DNA of 64,000 bases, from positions 72,168,001-72,232,000 of the forward strand of contig NW_027362770.1 of the NCBI RefSeq assembly GCF_046119375.1, written 5' to 3'. Shown here piece by piece: positions 1-10,599 of this stretch; position 1 is the stretch's first letter, and each line of letters opens with the position of its first letter. The notes under the pieces were generated by a model. The model was not told where the DNA came from. It ran no database searches and worked only from the letters and a program-made list of their open reading frames with translations. The DNA is from Phyllobates terribilis (taxonomy: Eukaryota). A program made the translations under genes and the position numbers.

Positions 1-69
1 GGTGGCGATCAAAACACAGCTGCCGGCCCAAGCACTAGGGGTTCCTGGGAATCTGCCCAGGGGCAGGAG

Positions 70-209
70 AAAATAGAATTAGTCCTTACCAGTAATTCGT
101 TTTCTAGGAGCCTTCCACGACAGCATTGGAGGATATCGTCCACGCCCTATTGGGGGACAGGAACACAGAGAGGTTAAGAGCCCCTCCTCGCTGCCAACCA
201 CCAGTGTTT
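70..209. repeat. DIRS 3' inverted terminal repeat
   Basis: ~100-209 is the reverse complement of 12460-12560 with scattered mismatches. The extra ~30 nt at 70-100 match the ICR. Confidence 0.9.
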
Positions 210-274
210 ACCAAGATCGCCTGGAAAAATGGTTACCTGACAGTTCCATGGAAATCCAAGAACAACGTAGGGAG

Positions 275-569
275 TAGTGTTGAGCGAGTATGTTCTGTTC
301 CGAGTTCGGCGAGCACCGAGTATTTACAGCTGCTCGGTGATATTTTTGAATCACTCCTGTGTGCATGATTTGCAACTGTTTGACAGCTTTATTACATGTG
401 AGGAATGTGTAAGAAATAGACATTCCTCACATGTATTAAAACTGTCAAACAGTCGCAAATCATGCACACGGGAGCGATTCAAACATATCACCGAGCAGCT
501 GTAAATACTCGGAGCTCGGCCCGAGCATACTCGGCGAAAGGGTTAACAGAACATACTCGCTCAACACTA
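275..569. mobile_element. Palindromic hAT-type MITE inserted in the DIRS 3' region
   Basis: TIRs TAGTGTTGAGCGAGTATGTTCTG / CAGAACATACTCGCTCAACACTA. Perfect 8-bp TSD GTAGGGAG at 267-274 and 570-577. Whole element is near-palindromic. Confidence 0.9.
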
Positions 570-586
570 GTAGGGAGGGAAATTCG

Positions 587-675
587 TGCTGTCGTGGAAG
601 GCTCCAAGAAAACGAATTATCGCTAAGGACTAATTCTATTTTCTCAAATACGCCTTCCACGACAGCATTGGAGGA
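587..675. repeat. DIRS internal complementary region (ICR)
   Basis: 587-640 is the reverse complement of 72-125. 639-675 is the reverse complement of 12534-12570. The junction reads TAATTCT-ATTTTCTC-AAATA. Confidence 0.9.
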
Positions 676-692
676 ATACCAACCATATTTCA

Positions 693-2834
693 TTAGGGAG
701 GGACAATAGCTTGAAGGACTTTCCTACCGAAGACTAAATCCCTACTAGATGATAGATCTAATCTATAATGTTTGGAGAACGTGTGAAGGGAAGACCACAT
801 AGCTGCCCTGCAAATCTGTTCTGAAGACGCACCCGCTCTTTCGGCCCAGGAGGCTGATGTAGATCTAGTAGAATGCGCTATCAGGCCAACCGGTGGAGTT
901 AGCTTCTGTTTGATGTAGGCTTCGCTGATTGCCTTCTTAATCCAGTTTGCTATAGTGGATTTAGCAGTTTTCTTTCCTCTGTTACACCCTGAATGTTGGA
1001 TAAAAAGATTCTGGTCCAACCTCCAGGACTCTGTTGAAGATAATGTAGAACGATTCTCTGGATATCTGAGTGGAATTCGGCTTCCCTCAAATTAGCAGGA
1101 TTCTGACAGAAGGAGGGAAGGATGACTTCTTGAGAGCGAAGGAAATCCGACCACCTTCGGGAGGAATGAAGGATCCAGACGAAGCGTAATCCTATCCTCT
1201 GTTACCTTCATCTAGGGTTCTCTGATAGAGAGAGACTGAAGTTCTCCCACTCTTCGGGCTGAAGTGATGGCTACTAGAAAAGCAGTCTTATGTAAGAGAG
1301 ATTGCATCGTGCTAGAGGATAGAGGCTCAAAAGGAGAGCGAGTTAGTCCTTTGAGTACCACATTAAGATCCCAGGGAGGTACATGACCCAGATTCCTAGG
1401 ATGAAGTCGGAGTGCCAAAATCATAAATCTCTTGATCCATCTGTCGGAGGCAAGATCTTGATCGAACACCTAGCTCAGGGCCGAAACCTGCACTTTGACA
1501 GTACTAGGTTTAAGTCCCAATTCCAATCACTTCTGTAAGAAATCAAGGATCTGGGCTATATTAGGGTGTAGAAGATCAGGAGTATCAGGAGCACACCAGG
1601 AAAGAAACTTCTTCCATATTTTGGTGTTGGTCACTGGTTTCCTACTTTGCTGAAGGGTCCTTATAACCTTCTCCGAGAGATCCCTGGATTTTAGGATCTC
1701 GGCCTCAGTAACCAGGCTGCAAGGTTTAGCCACTGAGGTTCTGGGTGGAAGAGAGGACCCTGGGAGAGAAGGTATTTGACCTGTGGACGTATCATTGGGC
1801 CCTCTAGGCAGAGTTCTGAGATTGCTCCAAACCGGGACCTCTTGGGTCACAGAGGGGCCACCAGTATTGTAGTAACTTTGTCTAACCGAATCTTCTGGAT
1901 GGTTCTTCCCAGAAGGGGAATTGGAGGTAATGAATACACCAGTCTGAAGTGCCATGGATGTGCGAACGCATCTAATTGTAGGGTACTGTCTCTTCGGTCT
2001 AGTGAGAAGAAAGGCACTTTTGCTTTTAGGCGACAAGCAAAGAGATCTACCTCCGGGAGACCCCATTTTGATACTAGGGACTGAAACACATGTTAATTAA
2101 GGCTCCATTCTCCTGGATGGACATCTTTCCTGCTCAGGAAGTCAGCTTGGGTGTTGTCTGAACCTCAGAGGTGAATTGCAGATAGAGACTGAAGATGTTG
2201 TTCTGCCCAGGAGAATATTCTGCCAGCGACTAATTTCAGGCTGTCCACCTTCATGCCCCCTTGATGTCGAAGGAAGGCAACTGTGGTCATATTGTCCGAG
2301 AACACTCTGATGTGTGCCCCCTGAATCAGGTTGACTGCAGTTTTGAGAGTTTCCTCCACTGCCTTCAGCTCCCTGAAGCTGGAGGACCTGATACTGATCT
2401 CCTGACTCCATCTGCCCTGGAACGGAGTCTGTGCCACCATAGCCCCCCAACCTCGAAGGCTGGCATTGGTGGTAATCGTAATTAGAGGCTATTGAATCCA
2501 AGCGATTCCCCTCTGAAGATTTTTGGAGTTCAGCCACCAGGTGAGTGAAGCCTTTACCCGACTGGGGGGTCTTGATTCTGTTGTTTAACGAATCTTGTCG
2601 GTGAGCCTGAGCCCATGCTATGTCTGGATACAGGCCGTCATTGATCCGAGTAACGAAATGGCCACTCTCAAGGTTGGGTTTTTCTGATCCCTGAAAATCG
2701 AAACCTTGGATCTGAGTGCTGCTTGATGTTCCTGTGGAAGAAATGAAGTTTGTCTGTTGGAATCTAGCAGGACACCCAGGAATCTTCTCCTTGATGAGGG
2801 AAGGAGTTCTGGTTTTCTGAGGTTTCGAATCCAA
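693..2834 (-). pseudogene. DIRS tyrosine recombinase ORF with long N-terminal overlap, broken by stops and local frameshifts
   Basis: ORF-track pieces 2142-2834, 1527-2066, 1212-1469 and 693-1019 share one frame. Catalytic motifs AITSARRVGELQ, AHSTRS and TFSKHYRLD are present. Confidence 0.88.
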
Positions 2835-3059
2835 CCAAGAGAGCGAAGGATCTCTAGGGTTTTAGAGACATGAAGGTTGAGGGTCACTACTGATGGGGGG
2901 AGACTATCAACATGTCGTCTAGATATGGAACTATACAAATACCCTGCTTTCTGAAAAGCGCAATAACTTCTGCCATAATCTTTGTAAACACCCGAGGTGC
3001 CGACGAGATGCCGAAAGGCAGTACGTTGTACTGGTAATATTTTGTCACACTGTTCCGGG
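1847..3059 (-). pseudogene. DIRS pol remnant: RT C-terminal part, RNase H, Dam-like methyltransferase domain
   Basis: YQYNVLPFGISSAPRVFTK...PYLDDM (RT), RELKAV...FSDNMTTVAFLRHQGG (RNase H) and DLFA...DAFAHPW...YSLPP (MT). Frameshift just after YLDD. Confidence 0.88.
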
Positions 3060-3345
3060 TGTTTGTATAGGCAACAGTTGTGGACTTCTTTGTTTGTGTG
3101 AAGGAGGACTTTAGGCTGATGTGACAGTAGATGGCGATGTTGTGTAAAGTTTCCTTGTTTACTGTATTGTAAAAGAAAAAAGTCTCTCTTGTTTTTTCTG
3201 TTTTGTTCTTACTTCCTGGTGCAGTACTGTGTGACTGTGCGTTTTTCTTTTACCTCATGTTCTGAGAAGTAAAAGCTTGTTATCCCATGTAATCTGCTCT
3301 GTGAAGTTTCTACCGCAACTGTGGGTATCCAGAAGCTGTGCAACA
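3060..3345 (+). repeat. copia 5' LTR
   Basis: TGTTTG...GCAACA. About 10 substitutions and 2 small indels versus 7350-7634 (manual count). Confidence 0.92.
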
Positions 3346-3359
3346 GGTTATGGGCCCAG
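3346..3359 (+). promoter_or_regulatory. copia primer-binding site (internal half of tRNA-iMet type)
   Basis: GGTTATGGGCCCAG directly after the LTR, the PBS type known from Drosophila copia. Confidence 0.8.
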
Positions 3360-3469
3360 GCACCGAGGGACCCCAGACACCCAGGACACCGGAACTCTCA
3401 GCAAGACCCTGGTGAATGCAGAAGAATTCTTCAGTACAATTCTCTCCAAATAAGTAAGACAAGTTAAAG

Positions 3470-4201
3470 ATGACAAGTAGCACAGAGCTAAAACTCACAG
3501 TAGCTAAGCTGAATAATGAGAATTATCAGTTATGGAAGTTCAAAGTAGAAATGTTATTGTCTAAAGATGATTTATGGGAAGTAATCACTACAGATAGATC
3601 TGATGAAGATAATCAGACATGGGATAAGAAAAATAGACAAGCAAGAGCTACCATCAGCCTATTAGTGATTGATGCTCAATTAATCCACATAAGGAATGAG
3701 GATACAGCAAAGGGAATGTGGGAAGCACTAAGAAAGCTACATGAAAGACCCAGCTTAAATCACAAGTTATTTCTGCTAAGAAAGCTTTACAGTATGAGAC
3801 TAAGTGCAGACAATGACATGCAGAAGCATATATTCTCTATTATGGAAGTGATAACACAGCTGAGATCAATTGGTGAAGATATTAAGGAAAGCCATGTAGC
3901 AGCAATATTATTGTGTAGTTTACCGGATTCATATACTGCTTTGATAAATGCACTAGAGACAAGACCTGAAACAGACATTACATTAGAGTTTGTGAAGACC
4001 AGACTCATAGATGAATATCAAAGAAGGAAAGAACAAACAAATGATTCTTCTACTGAAAAAGATAATGGAAATGCTCTTAAAGCCACAGAATCAAAAAGAC
4101 CCTATTATAAAGAGACCATAGAATGTTTCAGATGTAAGAAAAAAGGACATTTAAAGAAAGACTGTACTATATGGAAAGCAGAACAACAGATTACATTATA
4201 A
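3470..4201 (+). CDS. copia Gag (intact to the CCHC zinc knuckle)
   Basis: KLNNENYQLWKFKVEMLL N-terminus, copia gag core, and CFRCKKKGHLKKDC knuckle. Separated from pol by a frame change. Confidence 0.88.
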   Translation: MTSSTELKLTVAKLNNENYQLWKFKVEMLLSKDDLWEVITTDRSDEDNQTWDKKNRQARATISLLVIDAQLIHIRNEDTAKGMWEALRKLHERPSLNHKLFLLRKLYSMRLSADNDMQKHIFSIMEVITQLRSIGEDIKESHVAAILLCSLPDSYTALINALETRPETDITLEFVKTRLIDEYQRRKEQTNDSSTEKDNGNALKATESKRPYYKETIECFRCKKKGHLKKDCTIWKAEQQITL

Positions 4202-4217
4202 AGAGAATACACAGAAG

Positions 4218-7200
4218 GTGAAAAACACAATTTCTGATTCATGTGAAAATAATTGGAATGGCACATTTAAAGTGACTGATAAGAAATCATTGTTGGGTTG
4301 GTTTATTGACTCAGGAGCAACAAGTCACATGACAAGTAATAAAAATTTCTTTACTGAACTTAATTTAAATAAGAAGGAAGCCATTTATCTTGCGGATGGA
4401 AGCAAAATAACTGCAGAAGGTGTTGGACAAGGAATGCTAAACTGTTCTAACAAGTTTGGGCATGATTCAAAAATACTTGTACAGGATGTGTTATATGTTC
4501 CAGGATTAGAAGGAGGATTGTTATCTGTAAAACGTCTAACAGCTAAAGGGCTTACTGTAAAATTCAAAGATGATGAGTGTACAATCCTAGCAGGAAACAA
4601 GGCAATAAACAATGTCAAGGCAGATGAACAATTATATCATCTAGACACATTAAAGGAACAGAAGAAGTTGTGTACACATGATCACAAGAATTGTATTCAC
4701 ATGTGGCATAGACGTCTAGGACACAGACAACCTGAAAGTATAATAGAGCTACAAAGGAAAGAATTGACAAAGGATCTATTGATATCTGATTGCTCAATTA
4801 CCGTAAGATGTGAATGCTGTATAAAATCAAAAGCCACAAGGATATCTATTCCTAAAGAAAGTGAAACGAAAAGCACAAGACCACTTGATTTGGTGCATAC
4901 TGACGTATGTTGACCCATGAAAGTGACTACATCAGGTGGCAATAGATATATGGTGACTATTATAGATGACTACTAAAGATACACAGTCACATACTTGATC
5001 AAGAATAAAAGCGAAGTTTTCAATAAACTAGTAGACTACGTGACAAAGTCGAATAACAAGTTTCAGAGGAAGCCAACTGTCATTAGAAGTGATAATGGAG
5101 GTGAATTCACTGGACACCAAATAGAAAACTACTTAAGAAAAAATGGTATAGAGCATCAAAAGACTGTTCCATACACACCTGAACAAAATGGAGTAGCAGA
5201 AAGGAAAAACAGAACTCTGACTGAAATGATAGTTTGGAATCTGTCAGCATACACCTTATCAGAGAAATATTGGGGTGAAGAAGCAATGACAGCTACATAT
5301 CTACAGAACCGACTTCTTTCTAGAAAACTGAAAAAAAAAACATGAACTGTGGCAAGGTATGAAACCAAGTGTAAATCATTTAAGAGTTTTTGGCTGTAAT
5401 TTTTTGTATTCATTCCAACAGAAAAACGTTTCAAACTTCAAAATAGGTCCATGGAAGGAATATTTGTTGGATATAGTGAAAACTGCAAAGGATATAGAAT
5501 CCTAGATCCCAAAACAGACAGAGTTATGGTGAGTAACAGTGTGACATTCATTGAGGATCTAAATGAAGACACTATGATTTCACTGGAAACAAAAAATAAG
5601 AAAAACAGCAATGATATAGCTGAAAGAATATCTGAAAAAAAAGAAGTTGAAATTAATAAAAAATAGAATACTGAAAGTGAAGAGAAACAACTACAAACAG
5701 ACACAAAACCAAGACATTCAATAAGAGAAAACAAAGGAAAACCTCCAATACGCCTTTCATACTAGGCAAGTACAAGTAAAATTTATGAGCCTACATCTTG
5801 GGAAGACATATCTCGACTTCCTGAAGAAAAAGCCAATAAATGGATAGAGGCAACAGAAATAGAAATAAAGTCCATGTATGACTCAAAAACATGGACACTA
5901 ACAGAATTACTAGAAGGAAGAAAAGCTATAGGATGTAAATGGGTTTTTAAAGTAAAGTACCGAACAGATGGCACAGCTGAACGATACCAAGCAAGACTCG
6001 TAGCTAAAGGTTATTCTCAAAAATATGGAGATGACTATGATGAAACATTTGCTCCAGTTGTCAAACATACTACAATAAGAACTTTGTTTGCAGTTGCAGC
6101 AATGAAACAAATGGACCTGAAACATCTGGATGTAAAGACAGCATTTTTGAATGGAAGTTTAAAAGAAGATATTTACATGGAACAACCTCCAGGATTCAAA
6201 GATGAAAGTAACCCAAACATGGTTTGCAAATTACAGAAAAGTATATATGGTTTAAAACAAGCTGCTAAAGCGTGGAATGATAAAATCACGGAGGTGCTCA
6301 CAAATGAAAAATTTAAAAGAAGCAAAGCTGATCCTTGCCTGTACACAAAAAGACTAATGGACAGATGGATCTATGTACTCATATGTTGATGACATTTTAG
6401 TTTGTTTTGAAAAAGAAAGGGATAAAGAGGACATACTAAAAATCCTGAATCAACGTTTCGAGATCAAAGACTTGGGAAATGTGAAACAGTACTTAGGAAT
6501 ACAGATAGAAAGAGAAGAAGATGGAAGTTTCCTACTTAATCAAAATCACATGATTCAAGACATAACCGAAACATTTGGATTGAAGGATGCAAAACCAGCA
6601 AAGTCTCCAATGGAAACTAATTATCTTAAAGAGATGAGTAGTGAGAAAAATGTGTTACAAAATAATGAAGAGTACAGAATGGTGATAGGAAAAAGACTGT
6701 ATCTAGCGACTGTTACAAGGCCAGACATTGCAGCAGCAGTAGGATTTCTGAATAGAAAAATGTCCAAGCCAAATAAAGCGGATTGGAATGCTGTGAAGAG
6801 AGTAATGCGTTATTTGAAAGGAACCAGCAATGTTAAACTGAAACTGCCAACAAGTGATAAATGCATTTTAACTGGATATGTTGATGCAGATTGGGCTGGA
6901 GATCCAACTGACAGAAAATCTATCAGTGGCTATCTTTTCTCTCAGGTGGACCAATTAGTTGGACTAGTACAAAACAATCAATAGTAACGCTGTCATCAAC
7001 AGAAGCAGAATATGTTGCAGCAGCACATGCGAGTCAAGAAGTTCTATGGTTAAGACAATTGCTAACAGATCTAGGACAAGCACAGTTGGAACCAACAAAA
7101 ATAAATAAGGACAATCAGAGATGTCTTGTTCTTGCTTAGATGGAAAGCGTTAACCCAAGAACCAAGCACATTGATGTGAAGTATCATTTCTTGAGGGACT

Positions 7201-7328
7201 ACCAGGAATAAGGAATCCTGAAATTAGAATATTGTCCAACTGAAGATATGACAGCAGACATTTTCACAAAGGCATTGAATGCTGAAAAACATCAGAGACT
7301 AATGAAGAAACTGGGTTTGACTGAATAA
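4218..7328 (+). pseudogene. copia pol (protease, integrase, RT, RNase H), disrupted
   Basis: WFIDSGATSHM; WHRRLGH..CECC; VHTDVC* (stop); RSDNGGEF; PEQNGVAERKNRTL; YQARLVAKGYSQ; DVKTAFLNG; YVDD; GYVDADWAGD. Several stops and frameshifts. Confidence 0.9.
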
Positions 7329-7349
7329 GTCTTTACTGTTGAGAAAGGG

Positions 7350-7634
7350 AGTTGGTATATGCAACAGTTGTGGACTTCTTTGTTTGTGTGAAGGAGGACT
7401 TTATGCTGATCTGACAGTAGAGGGAGATGTTGTGTAGTTTCCTTGTTTACTGTATTGTAAAAGAAAAAAGTCTCTCTTGTATTTTCTGTTTTTGTTCTTA
7501 CTTCCTGGTGCAGTACTGTGTGACTGTGCGTTTTTCTTTTACCTCATGTACTGAGAAGTAAAAGCTTGTTATCCCATGTAATCTGCTCTGTGAAGTTTCT
7601 ATCGCAACTGTGGGTATCCAGAAGCTGTGCAACA
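7350..7634 (+). repeat. copia 3' LTR
   Basis: Direct repeat of 3060-3345. First base is A rather than T. Confidence 0.92.
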
Positions 7635-7702
7635 CAAATTGCAAAGCGTAGGAATTTCTTGTGGGACGGATGGATGGGTTTATGGTAATATGCATCCTTT
7701 AA
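7635..7702 (-). pseudogene. DIRS RT fragment stranded between two insertions
   Basis: Translates LKDAYYHKPIHPSHKKFLRFAI, continuing VMATVD from 10221 and leading to YQYNVLPFG below 3059. Confidence 0.85.
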
Positions 7703-10216
7703 CCCCTTCCCGACCCGTGTCACACCGTCTGTGACATGGAAAACAGTTCGTTCCTGACAGTGTCACACCGTCTGTGACATGGAGGGATCGCGCCCCTGCA
7801 GCGCCTGCGAGCGGGGTCGCTCAGGTGTCACAGTTGCTACTGCAACTGGACATCCTGAAGTCGACCCCACGGGGGGTGGATTAACCCCCCCGTGCCTGGG
7901 ACCCCTCCGATTGGCTGTTTCATTTTCACTTTTAGTGAAACTGCCAATAGGAATGAATTAAATATTTCACCAATGAAAATTGGTGTAATATTTAAATCTG
8001 GGCATGGCCTGATGCTTACAGCATCAGCCATTGGCTGGGGGGAGTGTCACCTCTGTGCCCCCCTCCCCCCAGATCTGATTGGGGGGCTAGCGTCACATGG
8101 ATACTAGCCCCAATCAGATGTGGAGGGAGTTTTTAATGATGGCCGCAACTGCCCAGCTCCTACCCGTCCATGGATCGTGTGGTGCTGTTGTGGACCCTCT
8201 GCTGCTGCCCCCTGTGGACCCTCTGCTGCTGCCCCCCGTGGACCCTCTGCTGCTGACCCCGTGGATCGCGTCTGCCGCCGCCGCGGATCATCTGCTGCCG
8301 CCGCTGATCCACATCAGGTAGTATTGCCCCCACTCCCCCCGACCCCCCCTTCACTCCCCCCCTCCACTTTCATACCTGCACCCCGACCTCCGCTCCCTCT
8401 CCCACGTCTTCATCCACTGGCTGCTGCTCTCCTTCTGACAGCCGGTGGACTGTGATCACAGGCAGCAGCAGGCTCAGTGTAAATGCCCTGCTCCTGTGAT
8501 CAAACCCACCATTCCCCATCTAGATAGGTGCCTTGGGGGGTCTAGTTTCCAAAATGGGGTCACTTGTGGGGGAGATCCAATGTTTGGGCACACAGGGGCT
8601 CTCCAAACGCAACATGGTGTCTTCTAACAATTTGAGCCGACAATTTGTTAGCGGACACCATGTTGCGTTTGGAGAAGCCCTTGTGTGCCCAAACATTGGA
8701 GCTCCCCCACAAGTGACCCCATTTTGGAAACTAGACCCCCCAAGGCACCTATCTAGATGCATAGTGAGCACTTGGAACCCCCAGGTCCTTCACAAATTAA
8801 TCCGTAAAAATAAAAAAGTGTTTTTTTTTCCACTTTTTCAGTTTTATGAATCAATTTGTGAAGCACCTGGGGGGTTCCAAGTGCTCACTATGCATCTAGA
8901 TAGGTGCCTTGGGGGGGTCTAGTTTCCAAAATGGGGTCAGTTGTGGGGGAGCTCCACTGTTTAGGCACATCAGGGGCTCTCCAAACGCAACATAGTGTCC
9001 GCTAACAAATTGAATGGAAAATCGGCTCAAATTGTTAGCGGACACCATGTTGCGTTTGGCGAGCCCGTAATGTGCCTAAACAGTGGAGCACCCCCACAAG
9101 TGACCCCATTTTGGAAACTAGACCCCCCAAGGCACCTATCTAGATGCATAGTGAGCACTTGGAACCCCCAGGTGCTTCACAAATTGATCTGTGAAAACAA
9201 AAAAGTACTTTTTTTTTTCACAAAAATTTTCTTTTAGCCTAAATTTTTTAATTTTCACATGGGTAACAGGATAACATGCATCCTAAAATTTGTTGGTCAA
9301 TTTCTCCTGAGTACACTGATACCTCATATGTGGTCATAAACCACTGTTTGGGCGCATGGCAGGGCTCAGAAGAGAAGGAGCGCAATTTGACTTTTGGAGC
9401 TAATTTTCCATTCAAAAAGTAAAATGGCGCTCCTTCCCTTCTGAGCCCTGCCGTGTGCCCAAACAGTGGTTTATGACCACATATGAGGTATCAGTGTACT
9501 CAGGAGAAATTGACCAACAAATTTTAGGATGCATGTTATCCTGTTACCCATGTGAAAATTAAAAAATTTAGGCTAAAAGAAAATTTTTGTTAGAAAAATT
9601 AAAATGTTCATTTTTTTCTTCCATGTTGCTTTAGTTCCTGTGATGCACCTGAAGGGTTAATAATCTTCTTGAATGTAGTTTTGAGTAGCTTGAGGGGTGC
9701 AGTTTTTGGAATGGTGTCACTTTTGGGTGTTTTCTGTCATGTACACCCCTCAAAGGGACTTCAAATGTGATGTGGTCACTAAAAAAAAATGGTTTTGTAA
9801 ATTTTGCTGGAAAAAAGATAAATTGCTGATGAACTTTGAACCCTTCAAACTTCCAACCAAAATTTTTTTTTTTTCCCAAAATTGTGCTGATGTAAAGTAG
9901 ACATGTGGGAAATGTTATTTATTAACTATTTTGTGTCACATCACTCTCTGGTTTAGCAGAATAAAAATTCAAAATTTGAAAATTGCGAAATTTTCAAAAT
10001 TTTTCCCATATTTTTGATTTTTTCACAAATAAACGCAAATATTATCGACCTAAATTTAATACTAACATGAAGCCCAATATGTCACGAAAAAACAATCTCA
10101 GAATTGCTAGGATCCGTTGAAGTGTTCCAGAGTTTTTACTTTGTAAAGGGACACTGGTCAGAATTGACAAAAATGCCAAGGTCTTTAGGGTCAAAATAGG
10201 CTGGGTCCTGAAGGGG
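7703..10216. mobile_element. Non-autonomous TTAA-targeting (piggyBac-like) element with internal palindrome arrays
   Basis: TTAA duplicated at 7699-7702 and 10217-10220, splitting the DIRS RT codons VD/LK. TIRs CCCCTTCCCGACCC vs CCCCTTCAGGACCC. No transposase ORF seen. Confidence 0.85.
8190..8270. repeat. ~24-bp GC-rich tandem repeat, about 3 units
   Basis: GTGGACCCTCTGCTGCTGCCCCC(C/T) repeated. Confidence 0.75.
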
Positions 10217-10220
10217 TTAA

Positions 10221-10560
10221 GTCGACTGTTGCCATCACATCTTTCCCTATTAGTGGGATAATTGACCTGATGGACTCCATCTTGAAACGTTTATTTTATG
10301 TAATGGTTTAGGGACTTCGGGTTATGATGCGAGGGGCCCGTGAAGGCTTCCATATGAGAAATAGTCTTGAGTAATGACCTGTCCCTTCCTCGTCAGGAAA
10401 GACTGGCGATATTACCCCGGAATCCAGTAGGTCTTGTAGACCAGCTGATAGTAGGTCTTGGGCTTCCCGAAAAGAAAGGGAAGTGACCTTTAGACCTCGG
10501 GGGGGACGAGACTCAAACTCCAAGAGAAGACCCTCTTTGATGGTGTTGAGGATCACACAA
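10221..10560 (-). pseudogene. DIRS RT N-terminal remnant
   Basis: TIKEGLLLEF...LLDSGVISPV...GHYSRLFLIWKP...KRFKMESIRSIIPLIGKDVMATVD. Confidence 0.8.
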
Positions 10561-10599
10561 GATATTGCCTGCCACTGGGGAAGAAGCCCGAGAGACAGC

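Larger units (their letters stand above)
3060..7634 (+). mobile_element. Ty1/copia LTR retrotransposon, full length, degenerate
   Basis: Two ~285-bp LTRs ending CAACA. PBS GGTTATGGGCCCAG follows the 5' LTR and a purine tract GAGAAAGGG precedes the 3' LTR. Domain order is gag-PR-IN-RT-RH. Confidence 0.95.

Noticed and set aside
7703-10216. Autonomous piggyBac transposase; ORFs 8120-8455 and 8533-8922
   Set aside because: No DDD transposase motifs. The ORFs derive from tandem and palindromic repeats.
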